This document shows positions 13,039 through 29,139 of a stretch of DNA of 64,000 nt, one piece after another. This DNA is from Amoebidium appalachense. Taxonomy: Eukaryota; Protista; Ichthyosporea. Within the stretch, counting starts at the first letter, position 1, and every line of letters starts with the position of its first letter. The position numbers and the translations under genes were made by a program. Under the pieces are notes generated by a model. It made no database searches. It was not told the origin of the DNA and worked only from the letters and a program-made list of their open reading frames with translations. The DNA is taken from NCBI GenBank assembly GCA_963693365.1, contig CAVNZM010000001.1, positions 19,352,125 through 19,416,124 of the forward strand, read 5' to 3'.

Positions 13039-14824
13039 GAAAACGACGAAGGAAAACTACGAAGGAAAATCTATTATAGGAGGTGCACGTATTCCCTGTT
13101 TCTCGCCTGCTTTTGTTGTCTTTCCGAAACCTCCGAATTATAGCTATAATTTGGGTCGGAAAAAAGTCAATAAATACAGGTTTGGGGAACAGCCGGTTAT
13201 TAGTGCCTATGTGCGAACGAGTGACGTTTTTTTTCCGTATGTTTTATTGTATGCCTCTTGTAATACAAGTGCGGGGAAGGATTAAGTATATACTGTCAGT
13301 GCAGTTTCGCTGTTTTTATACATATAACGGCACGTTTATAACACGTGCACACTCTGTACATGACACTTAGCTTTACCCTTTTCCCTTATCGAGGTATTAG
13401 CATGCACCTGTGGATACTTGTAATCTACATGAAACTCGAAACGTTTTACAGCTTGTGTATGATTATTAACGAATGCCAGGCGATAATAAGAGGCTATTGT
13501 TTGGAAAATATTGTCTTCATGCTACTCAGTTTGCCACACGGCAACAAGAAATCATGGTTTAGAACGGTTTTTTTTCCTAGTTTGTTTTTCTTTTTCCGTG
13601 TCTTGCAGCTTCTTCAAAATGCAGTTTTGGGTTTTGCGTTTGTAACCCTTGCAAAAAGATTTGTCATATATTAACGCGCCTGGTTGCTGCAACTCCAAGT
13701 GACTGTATAGAGATATCGTACTCATGGGTAATTCTTAAATGTGATATGTTATATTTATGGCAGAAAATAAAAGCCACACTGGTTGGACTTTTGAACTCTC
13801 GATGGCCACTTGAAATTGTGAAGTGCCTACAACGTCGACCTTCCCTCCCCCCCCCCCCCCCCCCCCCAAGGGACACCATGACCCCACACACACACACCGG
13901 CACACCGACAAATCACACATGCACACAAAAACTTTGAAAAAGAAAAGAAACGATAAGGAAGCTCGAAGAAATAAAAGTGCCAAACTGGCAGGTGGGGCCG
14001 AAATTTGGGGCTAATGATTTCAAGAGAGAGAAGGAAGGGGGGGGGGGGGGGGGGGGATTCAAATGATGGATGTGAGGCTGTGAGCCTGCATCTTCCAGAA
14101 TATCTCCCCAGTCTCTACACCTCCTTTGAGAGCCAGGAGGAGAACCAACAGTGTGCACTGACTGACGCACGCACGCACACACGCATGCATGCACGCACGC
14201 ACGCACGCACACACGCACGCACGCACACACACGCGCGCACGCACACGCACACACACACACGGTCGCACTTGCACACGTGCACACGGTCGCACCGGGTCCC
14301 GCACACGTGCACACGCGCACAGGCACGCTTGAGACACCACTTACTACTCAATGGCAACCGGTTCAAGTACATATATATGTAGGCTATCTGGTACTTCCGA
14401 GAATTTCATCAGTGTCACATGGCTTCGTATTGAAGTTGTCTTGAACACACGCACACACCGTAAACACATGTGCATGTACATACCCACATGCATTGCCACA
14501 CCGTTACTCATTCACGTGCACACACACACACACGGTGATAACGTTGTTAAAAAAAAATACAAAAATCGCATCGAGTGGAATAAGGTTAATTTGTTGCAAC
14601 ACGTAGTGGGTGGGAGAGTATTCTGAATCTCGCGAAACAAGGGGAGGGTGCCCAGAAGAAACTGAGCCGGGTGGAGGTGGGGAATGACTGGGAGGCCTCG
14701 GTGGGGAGGGGGGGGGGGGGGGAGGGGGGGGGGGGGAGGGGATGACCCACACTGGGACACGCCCCGGAGAGGGTACCCGGTTCAGGTGGTTTGTGTCAGT
14801 AGCCCGGTAATAGATCACCCCCGC

Positions 14825-14875
<51 letters not shown>

Positions 14876-14885
14876 GAGGGGGGAA

Positions 14886-14931
<46 letters not shown>

Positions 14932-15436
14932 AGCACACCCACCCCTAGCTAGATATATGTGAAGGGTGGGCCTAGCTGAACACATAGATAGCACCCTAAC
15001 TATTGTACTGTCGGTGCTGTGCACGTGTGGTAGACTGTATTTCCCTAGAAGGCCTGAAAAGGTCCTCCGGGAAACAAACCGAACGTGATCATAAAAAACC
15101 ATGATGAAGGGTGGGAAAGGGCGGAACCCATCGAAATCATGGCCACCCCTTGTGAGCACTCGAGTCATGTGCATGATCAAGGTAGTGGGGGGCGCACAAC
15201 AACCCTCGTGGGCCCTGAGCTACTTACTGCCATGGGTCAGGACTCAGGTGGTCCTTCCTCCCAGTCCCGCGCCTCGCCGACTAACACTAACCCCCCCGGC
15301 CCCCCTCCCCCCCCCCCCCCCCCCCTAGCCCCAAGGCCACTCTCTCTCCCTCTCTCGGAGTCCGAGTCTCTCTCTCTCTCGCTCTCAGCTCTCTCTCTCT
15401 CTCTCCCTCTCCCTCCCTCTCCCTCCCTCCCTCCCT

Positions 15437-15539
<103 letters not shown>

Positions 15540-16322
15540 CTCTCTCTCTCTCTCTCTATCTCTCCCTCCACCCTCCCCCTTCCCCCGGGCGACATGCACC
15601 TGTTAGACTGATCGATCATATCACGGTTATGCCATGCTTTCCAGATATCTCCCCTCCCCCCCCCCCCCCCCCCTTTCCCTACCCCCCCCCCCCCCCCCCC
15701 CGAACCAACCAACCCCCTCCGTTTTACTGTGATTTTACTACAAATCAATATGAATTCAAAAACTATTCACTTGCTACTAATTATTACGAAACATGATCAT
15801 GATCAACCCAGTCTTTCACGAGTGCTACTGTCCGGCCCCTTGATCGGGGGCCAGCGCCCGCGGCCCCAGTCAGTGTCACAGCATGATCACTGAGCCTGGG
15901 CAACTCCACGACAGCCCAGTGCATCATTCATAATTTTGCAAAGGCTATGCTGCAGCCCAGGTGACACAAGTTGAGCGCCGTGTTGCCGTGCACGTGTACA
16001 GGCTGTGGGGCAGGCCAGGCCACCCACCCGGCCCAGGCATCACTCTGCAACGGATCGAGGAAACTTCCAATGCATCAATTATCGTGCATATGCATACATA
16101 TGCGTGGCAGACCTGCTGGGGGCAGTGTTCGTGGCTCGTAGTTCCCGGTCGAGGCACCTTGCAAGTTCTCTCGTTCGATCACCCGCTTCTACATGTTTAG
16201 CCTACAAAGGGGAGCTGTGACTGAGTGAGGCCCAGCCTGCACTGCGCGGCGCTCGAGAGAGATCATACCTGGATATCACCATGTGTCAGGCGCTGCCGGC
16301 CCTCCCATGATGACGCTCACGT

Positions 16323-16927
16323 AGGGTAAGGCTAATTATACGCCAACCGACTGCTACCTAAAAACCTATATGGGCCTCCTACATCAGTGTACCACTCGGA
16401 CTACCCTAGACTTGCGGGTCAGCCGGCCTTCCAAGTTCCATCCATCTCCGTTTTCCGCCGGATCCTTCACTGATTCAGAAAGTTTGCATCCCTCCCTAAG
16501 GATCCTTCGCCTCATCGGATTGGTCCCTTTTATGCTTTGGAATGTTACTTTTCCGTATTTTCCCGACTCAACCAATCAAGTGCAAGTTGCTTTTTCATAA
16601 AGTTGGGTCCTAATTTACCTAAAGTTGAGAAAACCAATCGAGTGCTTTTGGAGCTTTTTCAAGCTCCAACCATGTTCTTTTGTTGTGAATGTAAACATGC
16701 TCTTATGTTTGATTGGAGAAGAGGGTAAATGTCGAGGACTTCGTCAATGAGTCATTGTCAATCGTCATTGATGAGGTTGTGACCGTCAGGCTGAGGTCAA
16801 GGAGTCCACACGACTAAATTGTTTTGTTTTTTTTGTACACGACTCGCCTTTGATGTTGCCGGCCAGGTCTACCGGTTTCACTTCCTGGTTATCTGTATGT
16901 ATTTGTTTTATTAATGTAATTTCGCCT
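16323..16927. mobile_element. Possible small insertion element
   Basis: AGG...CCT termini flanked by ACGT on both sides; only weak further terminal complementarity; SSR-free interior with repeated CCAATC. Confidence 0.25.
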
Positions 16928-17533
16928 ACGTAGAATTTGCACAGCCTACTGATTTGCTGACACTAATAGCTGCACGCCTATTTTGCTCGAGCAGCGCTTG
17001 CGAAAAATGTTTGTGGGTCCAGTGCCACGGTTGATCATGCAGTGCTGCAGCATCACAATTCGAAAGAAACACGTGTTGATTTTGACAATTCATGAGACTC
17101 ACGGCCTCCAACGTACTGAGCATCGTTTGCTCTAGATGGCACCGTCGCGCGTTATGCACAGCTCATTTTCGAGCTCGAGTTGTTGAGCATATATACTTAC
17201 ACCAAGTTTGTGACACAGCTCGCACATTACTGCTGTTTCATTGATCCCATATGGGGCACTTAGTTATCTGCCTCATCCTTACCCTTAAACTCTAGCCAGC
17301 TGCAGCTAGCAGGCAGTGCTACAACAAGTGCACAGATTTACGTCTCGGTGCAGTAATAACATATGATACACACACACTTGGCACACACTTCAAGCTTGGT
17401 CGAAAGTTGAATAAAATTTTCTCGTGCTGCCTTTCATACTTGGAAGACTGCATGCTTGGGGCATAATTATAGATAACTGTCTGAGTAAATTTATCCGACC
17501 ATTATCACAGGCTGAGAGTATACACAACCCAAA

Positions 17534-18383
17534 ATGGTCCCTCTGTATGCATTTTCAGCGGGCGCCGCCATATCTCTTTGTCTTTTCTCTGCTGTGCCGG
17601 CAGACAGTGCTGTTGTGCATCTGAACCAAATCCAGGCAGCTTGTGACGCTGACAGATTTGTTTCCATCAAAAATGACAAGGACACTCAGACGGAGTGGGC
17701 GGAGGAGAGAAAGAAGCAAGCAAACGAAGAGGTGTTTCAAGTCATTTTTAAGCAGCTTGAACAGCTTGATCTAGAGGTATACTTCCTCCCCTGCTGCCCC
17801 TGTTTCCAATCCCCCCCCCCCCCCCCCCCCCCCCACCCACCCACCCACCCCCCTCCCCTCCCCCCAGTGCCCTCCCCCTTCTCTCTCTCTCTCTCTCCCC
17901 CCCCCCCCCCCTTTCCCTCCCTCCCACCCTCCCCCCCCCTCTCCCGTCCCCTTTTCTCCTCCAAACACCACCACCATAGACACATACACCCTCTGCACAC
18001 AGAACAAGCTAACACAGGGGCACTCAGTCTGACGTACGCTACATCGAAACAAGGTCGCCGCACACACTTTCGTTCACACACGGCATTCAATACTGCCAGC
18101 AAGCACGATGTAGTAGGTTGCACGTACCGTACACCGTGCTTAAGAGTCAAGGCACACATGTTCACTCTTCTTGAAAACATGCATGCACAACCCGGTAGTC
18201 TAGTCACCATTATCTGCTCGCTGGCAGATACGGTACACAAAGGCACACATGTGCGCTATGGCACAAGTGCATGCAGTACCTCAGTCACGTATGCTTTACG
18301 CACTCACACACACACACACACACATGCTCACACACATATAGTCACGCACTGCGTGTGCATGCACACACACACACACACACACG

Positions 18384-18440
<57 letters not shown>

Positions 18441-19395
18441 AACATTTGTCATTCTGAAACACTCGCAACCCAACTCCCCCCCCTCCCCCCCCCCCCCCCC
18501 AACCACACACACAACACACAAACACAACTTACACACAAACACACACGAACAAAGCACACACACACACACGTCACACACAGATCTGCGGAAAGCTCAAACC
18601 CACTCAAACATACATGGATGTGCATGTGTCACTCCGGGAGCCTCTGGTTTTTATGTTTGCCCACGAGTAGAGTCCGATCTTGGCTTTTGTGAATCTGCCG
18701 TGTGCTGTGAGCGCAAACCATAAGACTCACAGGAACATGCACAAGTGCATGCCCATCAAATCTGAACTTGTGTGGCATTAGCAGCACATGAGCATGATTG
18801 ATATCCAACACATAAATATGCATCACATGTACAAGGAACACAAATAATACTACCATGCAACGAACAACACCCGAATGTTAACATGCACGCAAGACACAAA
18901 CACGCACTATGTCGTTCTCCAAGTGAATGATAAGAGGTTCATTTACAAACAACGTTTAGGAATCCACCAAGTAACCATCACTACCTTCTACCACAGACAA
19001 GCAAACCTGCCGGCAAGAAAAACTGCAAAACACAAACACAAATCGACCAATTGTCACACATTGCCGAGAAGCAACTCCCGGTTTGGTCAAAGCCGGCCGA
19101 GAGCTGGTATAAAGACGGAAGACGATTGGTGGACGGACGTGGCTCCCTATTTTTCTCATTGGCTAAGGGCGGAGTTGCCGCGCTCCGATTGGAGTTTCGT
19201 CACATGGAGCGAGTTGCCATGAGTTGCGGTTGGAGTGATGAAGTGATTGATGAGGTGGAGGGGTCTATGACGGACGCTGCTGCAGATTTGTACAATGAGG
19301 TTGGGAAGTACTATAAAGATAGGTTTAACGAGATTGGAAAGAAGGTGCTTGTGTTGCAGGGAAAGTTTGACAAACTGCCTATGTGCACTAAGTGA
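17534..19395 (+). CDS. Hypothetical secreted protein, ~213 aa, 2 exons
   Basis: AAAATGG start context; signal-peptide-like MVPLYAFSAGAAISLCLFSAVPA; exon 17534-17776 joins in phase 0 to exon 18997-19395 (CCACAG acceptor); charged helical composition; family not recognised. Confidence 0.65.
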
Positions 19396-19473
19396 ATAGA
19401 TGGTTGTTGACAGGGTCATTTATAGTATCACCTTCATATGCTACATAACACACACACATATGCACACACGCGT

Positions 19474-19523
<50 letters not shown>

Positions 19524-20221
19524 ACACACACAGTCACAACTCTATGTGACACACGCACACAGTCATTACCTTATTAGTCTTTAAAAGTTTCTTTTCTTAT
19601 TCCTCTTTGCTGATGCAATGCTTCTTTTTCTTTTGCCTCCCCCCCCCACCTACCCACCCACACCCCCACCCCCCGGGGACCCCCAGGTCCCTCCCCCCCC
19701 CCCCCCAAGTACTTTCCTTCAGTGGGAATAGGGCATATATACCCACAAAAGACATCTTTGATCATCTACGTTGCATCACAATAATTTCCCCTCCCGGTGT
19801 CATCTTCGGGCTCCTTTCCACATGTATACCTCGATTGTTGCATTCAATCGTGATCACCAGTCACCCACGTGTGTACATAGACAACATACCCTTGTACATA
19901 AATGCGCTGTATATATAAATTACACACTCAGAATGTGAGCGAAGTACTGGCTTCTAAAGGAGAGCAGTTCCATGAGCCTACATGCACACCCGCCATATAT
20001 CTCTTTACACTGTATACGTGCTTTCTTCAGCTGCTTTTTTTTTTTTTTTTTTTTTTTTTTTGTTCGTTCGTTAGTAGGATATGTACTGTTGGCGGTTTAG
20101 GCAGGGTATTATGGTTGGGTTTATTAGAACAGTGTAAACCGTTTTATACAAACGATCTTTCGATCAGTCAAAGGATACAGCCAAAAGTGTACAACTTGAT
20201 TATTGTTGAATCGAACACACT

Positions 20222-20330
20222 ACAGAATACAATCTTTTTGAAATGTACAGAAAGCTGCCGAAATACCATAATGAACAGAATACAATTGTACTGAAATGTA
20301 CAGAAAGCTGCCGAAATACTATAATGAAAG
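20222..20330. repeat. 53-bp tandem duplication (2 copies)
   Basis: ACAGAATACAAT..TGAAATGTACAGAAAGCTGCCGAAATAC.ATAATGA at 20222 and 20275. Confidence 0.85.
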
Positions 20331-20503
20331 AAACAGGCACGTAAGGCTGGTGTACGTGAGGGTTTCGACAACTTCGTGTGTGACACATTATGCATGTCGC
20401 GGTGTGTGTGTGTGCGTGTGTGCACGCGTGTTTATGTGCAAACGTGTGTGCATGCGTGCATTTGTGTGTGTGCGTGTGTGCACGTGTGTGTGTGTGTGTG
20501 TGT

Positions 20504-20561
<58 letters not shown>

Positions 20562-20822
20562 ATGTGTCTGTATGCATGCATTTGTGTGTGTGTGTGCGTG
20601 TGTGTGTTGTGTGCACGCGCGCGACGCCGTGTGCGTGTGTGCAAGTGCGCGGACATGTGTACACGTACGTCAGTATGTATATACTTGTGCCGGTATTCGA
20701 GTTCAAACTTCTCGATGGTGCTACTGACTCGGAATACGCTTCCACATGTGAGCAAATGGTAAAACCACGTGTGCCCCCCCCCCCCCCCTCCCTCCCCCCC
20801 CCCCCCCTCCCCTCCAGGGCCT

Positions 20823-20856
<34 letters not shown>

Positions 20857-21463
20857 ACCACCACCACCACTATGGATTATGCGGACACTAAAGTAAGAAA
20901 ATATACCTATTAAGGGGTCACCCGTGCCTGCGGGGTTGCGATATTTGGGTCATGCACAGCTAACAAGCAGTCAGACGTGCGGATGTGCCACAAAACTAAT
21001 GTTTAGAAATTCTGGCCCATGCAATGCCATGTACACACACATACACACATCGTTGATCGTAACACACACACACAAACACACACACACACGCACACACGCG
21101 CGCGCACACACACACAGACAGACAGACAGACAGACACACACACACACACACACACATACACACACACCGGCGCGCACACACGCGTGCGCGCACATGCATA
21201 CACGTAAACATGCAAGCGCACACCGTGACCCACGTGCGCACACACACACACCTAGTACTGAGAAAAAGCAGGCTCGCACACGAGCAGATACACGCCATGC
21301 GCGCAGCAGGCCGAGGTTGAGATAGGTTCGTATGTACATACGACAGAGGCCCCTAGGTATAGGGAGATCGCTCACATCAACCGCTAATATACACTGGTAA
21401 GTTTTATCACCAAAATAAACCCAAAAACCCAATAACCACTTGAACCATATGTGTGTCTGGGCC

Positions 21464-22666
<1,203 letters not shown>

Positions 22667-22931
22667 GGGCCGGGACCAAACTGTCCATTTGCACAAACGT
22701 AGATTATGATCATGCTTTAACATACTCACAGTGCAAGCGCTTGCATGCGGGTGTACACACACACACATGTGTAGGCAGACACAGACACATGCACATGCAC
22801 ATGCACGGGTGCTGCCTGCACGCACACGCACATGCACCCAGGCACAAACAGGCACACGAACACACACACGTGCACCATCACACACATGGTCAAGCATAAA
22901 ATCACACACACACACACACACACACACCGTG

Positions 22932-22971
<40 letters not shown>

Positions 22972-23627
22972 ACACGTGCACCCCCCACACGTGGGCATAT
23001 CACAGGTTATAATCATACACTGGTTTCACCACACCAGCACAGCTGTGTGGCAACGTTTCATTCCTAGGTCTTTGTACGACTCCGCAGAGCCATCAATACT
23101 GCCACTGCTTGGGTACAGCTCTATAAAGGTTACATGCTTGCCTTGTAAGTGACAAGCTGTATTAAGGTTGATTAGAGACCAAACAAAGTTGGAGACATGG
23201 AAGCTAACAAGAAAACAACCACAAACAAACAGGAAAGAACACTGCACCAAGGGAATCCACCATCATCTTTTCCTCGGGCCCTACACAAAACCCACAGAAT
23301 CGGGTGCGTGTGTGCACACATGTGTGTGTGAACCTTCGAATGCGGAAAAAATGGTACCGAACCTAAAGAAAACTAGAGAATTTAGGTCACCGGCCACCGG
23401 CTAGGGAATTTGTGGATCGACAGGCGACTGTCACCGTGTCCGAGTGTGTGGACTTGTATTTGTGCTAACTGAGGATGTTAGGTGGGTGGTTGGGTGGGTG
23501 GGTAGGTGGGGGATAAGTGGGTGGGTGGGTGGGTGGTGTGGGTGGGGGGGGGGGGAGGTGGGGAGGACGAAGGAGGGGGCAGGAGGGGAAGGAGGGGGAG
23601 GCAGTGCAGAAGTCGGCCATCGGCCAA

Positions 23628-24052
23628 TCAATCATCGCTTTCGGCAGGCACGGGCCAAGTCTGGCCAATCAAACCGTTGCGTAGCATCGACTTAACCCTC
23701 TTCTCATCCGCCCGTTTTCGGGCTTCCACTGGGTCAATGCCCTGAACGATAAAAAACGAACACAGGTTCAATGCAACAGTTGACGCAATAACAAACAGAT
23801 GGCCGGAGAGTGGGAGACAAGGCCTACGTATATACACACAAATGCACACACACACAAACACGCACACACATACGCCACTGGCAATCCTTTTCCCTCTCTC
23901 CGCATGCGCTCACGTTCCTATACACACACCGAGAGAAATGAGGGTCAAGATGTTTCCGTCGGCAATGAAACCAATACATACGTCAAATAAGGAACTAAGC
24001 AACCATTGGTGTATGTGGGTGTGTGAGTTAGTGTGTGAGTGTGTGTGTGTGT

Positions 24053-24139
<87 letters not shown>

Positions 24140-24321
24140 GGGAAAGGGGGGGGGGGGGGGGGGAGGGGGGGGGGAGGGGGGAAATTCCTCACCCATACAC
24201 ACCCTAAACTCCTCACGGTCAACTACGCAAACATCCCTACACAAGTAAGAGAGTGACAAAGAAGCAGATATTACAACCCTTAGCCGTAGGACAGGAGTCC
24301 TTCGAGGGGAGGGCAGAGTGG

Positions 24322-24385
<64 letters not shown>

Positions 24386-24693
24386 AGGATCACGATTTTA
24401 CCTGCACGTGGACCCTGTCGTAGTGTTGGGCCAGTGACTGTTTGTGGGCAAAGTGGCGGTTGCAGTTGTCTGCCGGGCACACAAAGCGCCCACCCCCCTC
24501 ATGGTGCACACGTACGTGGGTGGCGAGTGCTGATGGCTGGGTGGGCGCAGGCAGGGGGTAGGTCAGTGGTCTGGGCATGCAAGTGAAATATACAAGGCCG
24601 GATATTCGCTTGGCGCTCATGGTCTTAGTCTTTGTTTGATTTTTTTCTTTTGTATTTGCGTTTTTCGAGAGAGAGAGAGGGGGAGAGAGGGGG

Positions 24694-24736
<43 letters not shown>

Positions 24737-24893
24737 AGGGAGGGAGGGAGGGAGGGTGAGAGAGTGAGTTGGGAGAGGGGGGGGGGGGGAGAGGGAAGAA
24801 GTGGGGAAAGAGGACGGCGGAGGGATAGGAGCGCGGGGAGGGGGGAGGGGGGTTGAGCACGAGAGCGAGGGAGAGAGAGACGGGGCGGGCGGG

Positions 24894-24933
<40 letters not shown>

Positions 24934-27204
24934 TGCATGCGGGGGGGGAGATATAGGGGAGAAGATGTAGGGGAGAATGATGAGAGAGGATGAGACAGCG
25001 AGAGATTGAGAGAGAATGCTGAGTGCAACCCAGGACTTGTGTGCATATGCAGTATAGTGTGTGTTGTGTAGTATAGTGTGTGCGGTTGTGTTTTCACGCA
25101 AGGACCATAGGGGATGTATGGTAGCACAAACCGTACAATGTCTCGACCCAACATGTGCACAAGTTTGTTTTTGGGCATACAGGCGCCTGTATAGGTGCGT
25201 TCCGTACGTGCAATGCATACATATATACTCTTGTAGGTGTGCATATGTTTACGTGTGCAGTGTGCATGCCTCAGAGTACGTCCTTACTATCTCGGCGCTT
25301 ACATACAAATGTTCAAAACTCATTTTGCTTCTTCCATATCTCCGCCAGCCCTATCATCCTAAAAGAACCACGGGGCACCCAACCACCCAATACTTAGCTC
25401 CGATCTGAATTAGATCTACCCCAACCACCCAATCACTAGCCCCTATCTGCATGGATCTACATACCGTGGTGTATATGCGGTCGCACCCCTCGGCCTGGCA
25501 CGGGTATACCGGCCTGTCCTCGTCGTGGGTCACCATATGCTCTGCACCATATAAGGTTAATTAGCAGCCAATCACATCACCACCTGCACTATCACCCACA
25601 CACAGGGAGTCATACCTTCTCCCTGAAACATCTCAGGAAGTATAGAGGATGCTTGGTCTTTTCTTACTTCACACGGCATTACACTAGTTCAACCCCAATC
25701 CCTCCTCCCCCCTTCCTTCCCCCCCCCCCCCAAAAAAAAAAAAAAAAAAAAATAAAAAAATAAATAAAAAAAAGAGAGAGAAAGAAAGAAAAAAAAGAAA
25801 AAAAAAAAAAAAGAAAAGGAAGAAAGAAAGAAAGAAAGAAACAAAGAAGAAAAGAAATTATTTTTTGTAAAAAAAAAAGACAAACAGAGAACAGACTCCA
25901 CGCAGGGAACAAAGTCCACCAAAGAATGAGCTCCGCAGAGAAAGGATGAACGGGACCTGTGCATGTGTTCATGTACCTTTGTGTGTGTTTAAGAAGGAGA
26001 CCCTCTTTCATCCGGGGCCGGGGGGAGGGGGGGGGGGGGGGGGGGGGGGGGGAGGGGGAGGGCACTTATTCCCATCAAAACGACCGTGTAAAACCCACCT
26101 GTCAGCACGGATTTCCTGCCAAATGTCTTTCCACACACGGTGCATGGGAATCCGTGTACTTCGTTGCGATGGGCTACAAGTTCCGACCACCGGCCAAATG
26201 CAGCATGGCAGCCCTCATGGTCGCACTTGTATGCTGCGTGTGTGTGTGTGTGTGTGTCACGTGTGTTTGTGTGTGTGGGCGGGATCAATACAAAGAATGG
26301 AGACGGGCCGGTGGGAAGGTGAGACACACGGCCAATAGCCAAAAACAAACAAACAAACAAAAACAAAAACAGCTGATCCTCTGACCCAGCACATTTGCGC
26401 GAGCAAAGGTGTGGTCCGTCGATTCACATGTTTCATCTTCATCTGCTTTGATCCAAAAAGGCAAAAAAGACAAAGGAAAACGAAAAGGAAAAGGGAAAAA
26501 TCTTGTGAAGAAAAAAAAAAAAAAAAAAAAAGGGGGGGGGGGGGGGGGGGGGGGAGCGCAGGGGGAATGGGGGGAAAACAGACTTTGAAGAGTGACTCTT
26601 TTCTTTTAGGCAGTCCCCCCCTCCCCCCCCCCCCCCCTCTCTCCCTTTCGCTCGCTCTGTGTGTATGTGTGTGTGCGCGCGCGTGCACGTGTGCCTATGC
26701 ACGTGGTTTGGCTGTGTACTTGTGTGCCCATGGTTACTCTGATGTGGTGGAAGAGCACGTGTGTCTGCTGACTTCCACATGGGCAACATGCGTCAGCCAA
26801 TACACACACAACACTCACAGCAAACGGCTTTTGAGACTGTTAGAGCTGAGCACAAAGGAATATGAAAAGTCGCCATTCTGTCTGTGAAGAAAAAAACAGG
26901 ACCCAGAAGAAAAGTGCGAGGGAGGAGGACCGGGGGAGGAAGAGAGAGGGAGGGGGGGAGGGGGGGAAGGGGGGGGGGGGATCGGCATGGGTAAAACAAA
27001 CTTTGTGATCAGATTATAAGAAGATCGTTAGGCAAGGCAACCTACATTTGTCATGGCTTTTCATGTGCCTTTCCAGTTTGGCTCGAGAAACAAACCCGGC
27101 CCCACAGCCGGGACGGAGGCACAGAAATGGGTGGACCCCGGTGTGGTGGAACTCGTGCACACGGAGAAGAGAGTGCTTCGAAAATTCGAGATCACACTCT
27201 GCAC

Positions 27205-27286
<82 letters not shown>

Positions 27287-27306
27287 TATGCAGGCTCTGA
27301 GCATAT

Positions 27307-27405
<99 letters not shown>

Positions 27406-27812
27406 CTACAGGGGGAGGGGAGGGGGAGGGGAGGGGGGGAGGGGGAGTGTATGTGATTTTGTGTTGCATGGCAGTTAGGTATAGGCAATTGGAGTCAAAC
27501 AAACCGAGAGAGCATGCGGGGAGGAGGGAAGGCGGCATGTACCTTCTCTATGCATCAAAAACAAGTAAGCAAACCGAAACGCGCTAACAGTGTAGACATT
27601 GACAGCAATAGAAAATCAAAAGGCAACAAAAAACATGTGTATTCTGTAAATCCCTCCTGCCTGTCCTCCCCTTCTCTTTTTCACTTTCCTCATTCGGAAA
27701 CGTATAAATTCTTTATTGGAACCAAGCAGATAGGAAAAGAGGGGTGCCTGGAAAAGATCCAATCTTGTTCGCCACCACCCGAAAATGCCCCTCCCCCCTC
27801 CCAACCCGGCCC

Positions 27813-27885
<73 letters not shown>

Positions 27886-28280
27886 ACACACACACACAAC
27901 CCAAAAAAGAGGAGAGATAAAGAAAGAGAGAAAGAAAGAACTGAAGAAAGGAAGAAAGGAAGGAGGAAAAGAAAGAAAGAAAGAAAAACGAGAGGAAAAA
28001 AGAAGCCAAGAAAAAAAAGCACACAACCACCCCTCAACCATTCCCCCTACCCCCTTAAACACACATACCAAGTGGAGAGGGGGGGGGGGGGGGGGGGGGA
28101 GGGGGGGAGGTGTGTGTGTGTCTGTGTGTGTGTGTGCGCGTGTGGGAGGGGGGAGTGGAGGGGGGGACAAACAACACACATACACCCAATAGATACTACT
28201 CCTTTACATGTTCATAGGCACAGAATTTAAACACCTCGATCCCCTCCCCCCCCCCCCCCCCCCCCCCATCCCTTCCCCAC

Positions 28281-28311
<31 letters not shown>

Positions 28312-29108
28312 AAAAACCCACCCCCGCCAAAAAAGAAAAGATATGCACACACACACACACACACACACACACCTTGTAGGCCAGTGCCCCCTTCTGGTGC
28401 TGCAGCATGTGTCTCTTGAGGTGGTGGTTGACTGCAAAGGCCGCCCCACACCCCTCCTCCGTGCACCTGTACCTCTTGTCCCCCGTGTGTGTGCGTGTGT
28501 GCCTTTGCAGGTGGCACTTGCGGGTAAATGTGTGCCCACATCCAGGGTGCTCACACACAAACGGGCGCTGCAGAAAAGGAGAGGAGAAAAGTGCATGTGT
28601 GAGTGTAAGATTGGCTATTCCCTATTTCCTTCCTGCAATTGAACTCCCTGCTGAAAGGGCCCAGCAAAGGCAACATTTGTGTTCCAAATTTAAACCCCCT
28701 TCAAACCCTTCATTCTCCCCCCCCCCCCCCCCCCCTCTTTCCCCCCCCTCCTCCCCCCAGCTCTCCCCCCCCCCCCCCCCCCCCCTTCCCCCCTGCTCCT
28801 CCGGCTCTGCACACACACTCACACGTCTTTGCTCTTGTCCGTATCTTTATCTTTCTCCTCTCCAACCTTCCCCGTGTGGACGGCTCGTATGTGCGCTCCC
28901 GCTTTTGCGTGTATCTATGCGCATCTGTGCAAGAACATTTAAGTACCCTTAGTGCACTAGGTGTAGTGTTTTGCACCCTCGTGCCTACAAGCGCTGTACA
29001 CAAAAGATGGTCTTTGTTCTCTGTTTTTGGTCTGCTTATGCATGTGCTTGCACGTGCCCACGCTGGTGTGCAACCCCTCCCCCCCCATCTCCCTCCTCCC
29101 CCCCTCCC

Positions 29109-29139
<31 letters not shown>

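Noticed and set aside
15900-17190. Exon-like minus-strand fragments
   Set aside because: Could not assemble an open spliced frame; at most a decayed gene
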